This document shows, piece after piece, positions 17,794 to 20,451 of a stretch of DNA of 20,451 nucleotides. A model generated the notes under the pieces. That model was not told the origin of the DNA and ran no database searches. It saw only the letters and a program-made list of their open reading frames with translations. The position numbers were made by a program, and so were the translations under genes. The stretch comes from Abditibacteriaceae bacterium. GTDB lineage: Bacteria; Armatimonadota; Abditibacteriia; Abditibacteriales; Abditibacteriaceae. Location: NCBI GenBank assembly GCA_031372065.1, contig JANMKN010000363.1:1-20451 (forward strand), in the 5' to 3' direction. The number at the start of each line of letters is the position of its first letter. Positions within the stretch are counted from its first letter, which is position 1.

Positions 17794-17839
17794 AATCCGC
17801 CAAATGGCGGATGCCGTTTCGCGGCAAATGAGCCACAAT
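17794..17839 (+). promoter_or_regulatory. Palindromic box 5 (perfect 8-2-8 core) plus -10-like hexamer, upstream of the AspT/YidE transporter
   Basis: AATCCGCCAAATGGCGGATG (17794-17813; core ATCCGCCA-aa-TGGCGGAT), 20-nt gap, CACAAT (17834-17839). Confidence 0.8.
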
Positions 17840-17869
17840 TAAGGGAGCAACGGCTTGCCGGAACACTCT

Positions 17870-19531
17870 ATGGATTGGCTAAAAGATTTATTTACCGAAG
17901 ATTCCGTCGCGCACGCGGTTTTAGTGCTGGGATTAGTCGCGGTTTGCGGGCTGGGCTTGGGTAGTGTTCAGATCAAAGGCATCGGACTCGGCATCGCGGG
18001 CGTGCTGTTCGCGGGCTTGGCTTTCGGACATTTTGGCCTCACGATTTCGCACGAAGTTTTGGATTTCGCGCGTGAATTTGGCCTGATTCTTTTCGTTTAT
18101 GCCATCGGCGTGCAAGTCGGGCCGGGCTTTTTTAGCAGCTTGCGGCGACAAGGCTTGGCGCTCAACGCGCTGGCGCTCAGCATTGTGATTTGCGGCGTCC
18201 TTGTCACTTTGGCGGTGAGTCGTTTTGGCGGCGTGCCCATGCCCGTGGCCGCCGGTTTGTTTTCGGGCGGCACCACCAACACGCCGTCGCTGGCCGCCGC
18301 GCAGCAGGCATTGCAAGAGTTGCCGGGCGCTTCCGAAAACGTGCAAAAAATGCCCGGTTTGGGCTACGCAGTGGCCTATCCGTTCGGCGTGTTGGGCATT
18401 ATTCTCACCATGCTGATGGCGCGGCGCGCGTTTCGCGTGGATATGGCGCGTGAAGTCGAAGAATCGTTGCCGCAAAACGAAACGGCTCCGCTGGAAACGC
18501 TGAATATTGGAGTCACCAACGAGAATTTAAACGGCCTGCCGATTCGCAAATTGCCGCGCCTCAAAGATTCGGGTGTAGTGGTTTCGCGCGTGCAGCACGA
18601 CGGCGAAATTCTCGTCGCGCGCGGCGATACGCGCATCGAAAGCGGCGACGTTTTGTTAGCCGTCGGGACAAAAGAAGAATTGGAAGCGTTCCGGCTCATT
18701 GTCGGCGAAAAATCGTCGCTCGACTTACGCCAAGCGCTGGGTGAAGTCACGACGCGCAGCTTAATCGTGACACAGCGCGCCATTTTGGGCAAAAGCATTC
18801 ATCAGTTGAACTGGGCCGGGCGCTTTGGCGTGGTCGTCACGCGCATCAATCGCGCCGGAGTGGAATTGACGCCGCGCTCAAATTTGTATCTGCAATTTGG
18901 CGACAGATTGTTAGCCGTCGGCTCGGCGGAGGCGTTAACAGAAGCCGCACGCGAAATCGGCGACTCGGCGAAAGAATTGGAGCATCCTTCGATGGCGGCG
19001 ATATTTCTCGGCATCGCATTCGGCGTGCTGCTCGGCAGCTTTCCGATTGCCCTTCCGGGCTTTCCCGCGCCGGTGAAATTAGGTTTGGCGGGCGGGCCGC
19101 TTCTTGCGGCGATTTTGCTCAGTCGCGTGGGGCGCATCGGGCCTTTGGTGTGGCATATGCCGCCCGCAGCGGGCGCGGCGTTGCGCGAAACGGGCATTAT
19201 TTTGTTTCTGGCGTGCGTCGGCCTCAAATCCGGCGGCAATTTTGTGCCGACGCTGTTGCAAGGCGATGGCTGGCATTGGATGGCTTTGGCGACCCTGATT
19301 ACCATAACTCCGCTGGTTTTGGCGGCTTTTGTGGCGCGTTTTGCCTTAAAAATGCCGTTTCCGGCCCTGTGCGGCCTTTTGGCAGGCAGCATGACCGACC
19401 CGCCGGCTTTGGCCTTCGCGCACAGCGTCACCGACTCCGACGCGCCCGCCGTCACTTACGCGACGGTTTACCCACTGGTGATGATCGCGCGCATCGTAGC
19501 GGCGCAGGTTTTAGTGATTTTCTTCCGGTGA
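17870..19531 (+). CDS. AspT/YidE/YbjL (AAEx family) transporter with two TrkA-C domains
   Basis: GIGLGIAGVLFAGL, EFGLILFVYAIGVQVGPGFFSSLR, GGTTNTPSLAAAQQ, GYAVAYPFGV, two soluble TrkA-C repeats, KLGLAGGPLL, LAGSMTDPPALAFA, YATVYPL. Alternative TTG start at 17855. Confidence 0.93.
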   Translation: MDWLKDLFTEDSVAHAVLVLGLVAVCGLGLGSVQIKGIGLGIAGVLFAGLAFGHFGLTISHEVLDFAREFGLILFVYAIGVQVGPGFFSSLRRQGLALNALALSIVICGVLVTLAVSRFGGVPMPVAAGLFSGGTTNTPSLAAAQQALQELPGASENVQKMPGLGYAVAYPFGVLGIILTMLMARRAFRVDMAREVEESLPQNETAPLETLNIGVTNENLNGLPIRKLPRLKDSGVVVSRVQHDGEILVARGDTRIESGDVLLAVGTKEELEAFRLIVGEKSSLDLRQALGEVTTRSLIVTQRAILGKSIHQLNWAGRFGVVVTRINRAGVELTPRSNLYLQFGDRLLAVGSAEALTEAAREIGDSAKELEHPSMAAIFLGIAFGVLLGSFPIALPGFPAPVKLGLAGGPLLAAILLSRVGRIGPLVWHMPPAAGAALRETGIILFLACVGLKSGGNFVPTLLQGDGWHWMALATLITITPLVLAAFVARFALKMPFPALCGLLAGSMTDPPALAFAHSVTDSDAPAVTYATVYPLVMIARIVAAQVLVIFFR

Positions 19532-19539
19532 AGGCTTTA

Positions 19540-19658
19540 AAACACAAAGAACACAAAGGATTTCACAAAGAAACACAAAGGTTTTGTGATGTGGTTCTTG
19601 ATGTAGCCTTTTTTGAATCTTTGTGCCCTTTGTGAAATCCTTTGTGTTCTTTGTGTTT
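19540..19658. repeat. Long inverted repeat built from CACAAAG units
   Basis: 19540-19570 (AAACACAAAGAACACAAAGGATTTCACAAAG) is the exact reverse complement of 19628-19658 (31 bp). Each arm has a fourth, inner CACAAAG unit. TTAA at both outer ends. Confidence 0.9.
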
Positions 19659-19674
19659 AAGATTGGAGCGAGCC

Positions 19675-20451
19675 ATGCGAAGCGAATATGAAAAAAAACT
19701 GACGACGGTGGAAGCCGCTTTGAAGCACATTCGGCGCGGCGGGCGCATATTTATCGGGTCGGGCTGCGCCGAACCCGGCGCCCTCACACGCGGCTTGATT
19801 CAACACGCGCATTTGTTCGCCGACAATCCACTTATTCACATTCTCACGCAAGGCGAAGCGGCTTATGTGCGGCCCGAATATGCCGAAAATTTTCGGCACA
19901 ACGCGTTTTTCATCGGCGCCAATGTGCGCGAAGCGGTGCAGGATGGGCGCGCCGATTACACGCCGATTTTTCTCTCGGAAATTCCCGCGCTGTTCGCGTC
20001 CGGCCCGATGCCGCTGGATGCGGCGCTGATTCAAGTCACGCCGCCCGACGCTCAAGGCTTTTGCTCGCTCGGCGTGAGCGTGGATGTGGTGAAAGCGGCG
20101 GCGCAAAGCGCACGTTTGGTAATCGCGCAGGTCAACCGCTTTATGCCGCGCACCTTCGGCGATTCGTTCGTGCATTTCAGCGAAATTGACTGCTTCATCG
20201 AAGCCGAAGAAAGCATCCGCGAAGTGCGTTTTAAGGCGCCCAATGCAGAAGCCGAGGCTATCTCCGGGAAAATCGGCGCCAACGTCGCGCGTTTGGTGCG
20301 CGACGGCGCCACGCTGCAAATGGGCATCGGCGCCATTCCCAACGCGGTTTTGGCGCATTTATGCGAGAAAAACGACCTCGGCGTTCACACCGAAATGTTC
20401 TCCGACGGCCTGATGGATTTGGTGGCGCGCGGCGTGGTCAACGGCAAGCGC
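19675..20451 (+). CDS. Acetyl-CoA hydrolase/CoA-transferase family protein (4-hydroxybutyrate CoA-transferase-like), 3' end outside the window
   Basis: Absent from the ORF track because it has no stop in the window. GGAG RBS, ATG 19675: MRSEYEKKLTTVEAALKHIRRGGRIFIGSGCAEP...GRADYTPIFLSEIP...QVTPPDAQGFCSLGVSVD...DGATLQMGIGAIPNAV...DLGVHTEMFSDG. Confidence 0.93.
   Translation, partial: MRSEYEKKLTTVEAALKHIRRGGRIFIGSGCAEPGALTRGLIQHAHLFADNPLIHILTQGEAAYVRPEYAENFRHNAFFIGANVREAVQDGRADYTPIFLSEIPALFASGPMPLDAALIQVTPPDAQGFCSLGVSVDVVKAAAQSARLVIAQVNRFMPRTFGDSFVHFSEIDCFIEAEESIREVRFKAPNAEAEAISGKIGANVARLVRDGATLQMGIGAIPNAVLAHLCEKNDLGVHTEMFSDGLMDLVARGVVNGKR

Noticed and set aside
5877..17813. The 20-bp palindromes as terminators or CRISPR repeats
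   Set aside because: A 2-nt loop, imperfect arms in most copies and no U-tract argue against terminators. Kilobase spacing, no spacers and no cas genes argue against CRISPR. Fixed spacing to a -10-like hexamer fits an operator.

Overview
Bacterial window, all credible genes on the + strand. Left part (1-5783) is cell-envelope: a 5'-truncated GT4 glycosyltransferase, a 164-bp MITE-like element, a 1146-aa secreted repeat protein and a DUF4349-type lipoprotein. From ~5877 onward it looks like a self-contained low-oxygen/nitrate regulon. Genes in order: GTP-dependent PEP carboxykinase, a PAS + DosS-like heme-GAF kinase, a NarL/DosR-family regulator, two cupins, a 4x[4Fe-4S] protein, a membrane-anchored Rieske protein, a small membrane protein, a NarK transporter, a NarI-like membrane protein, a Nas/Nap-type molybdoenzyme, a RIC/YtfE di-iron protein, an AspT/YidE transporter and a 3'-truncated CoA transferase/hydrolase. 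The main observation is a 20-bp imperfect palindrome (consensus AATCCGCCNNNTRGCGGATG) occurring five times in front of genes. Each copy is followed after exactly 20 nt by a CAnA(A/C)T hexamer, as expected for activator-dependent promoters. The likely activator is the locally encoded regulator (inference). All family assignments come from motif recognition by eye, not from database searches.
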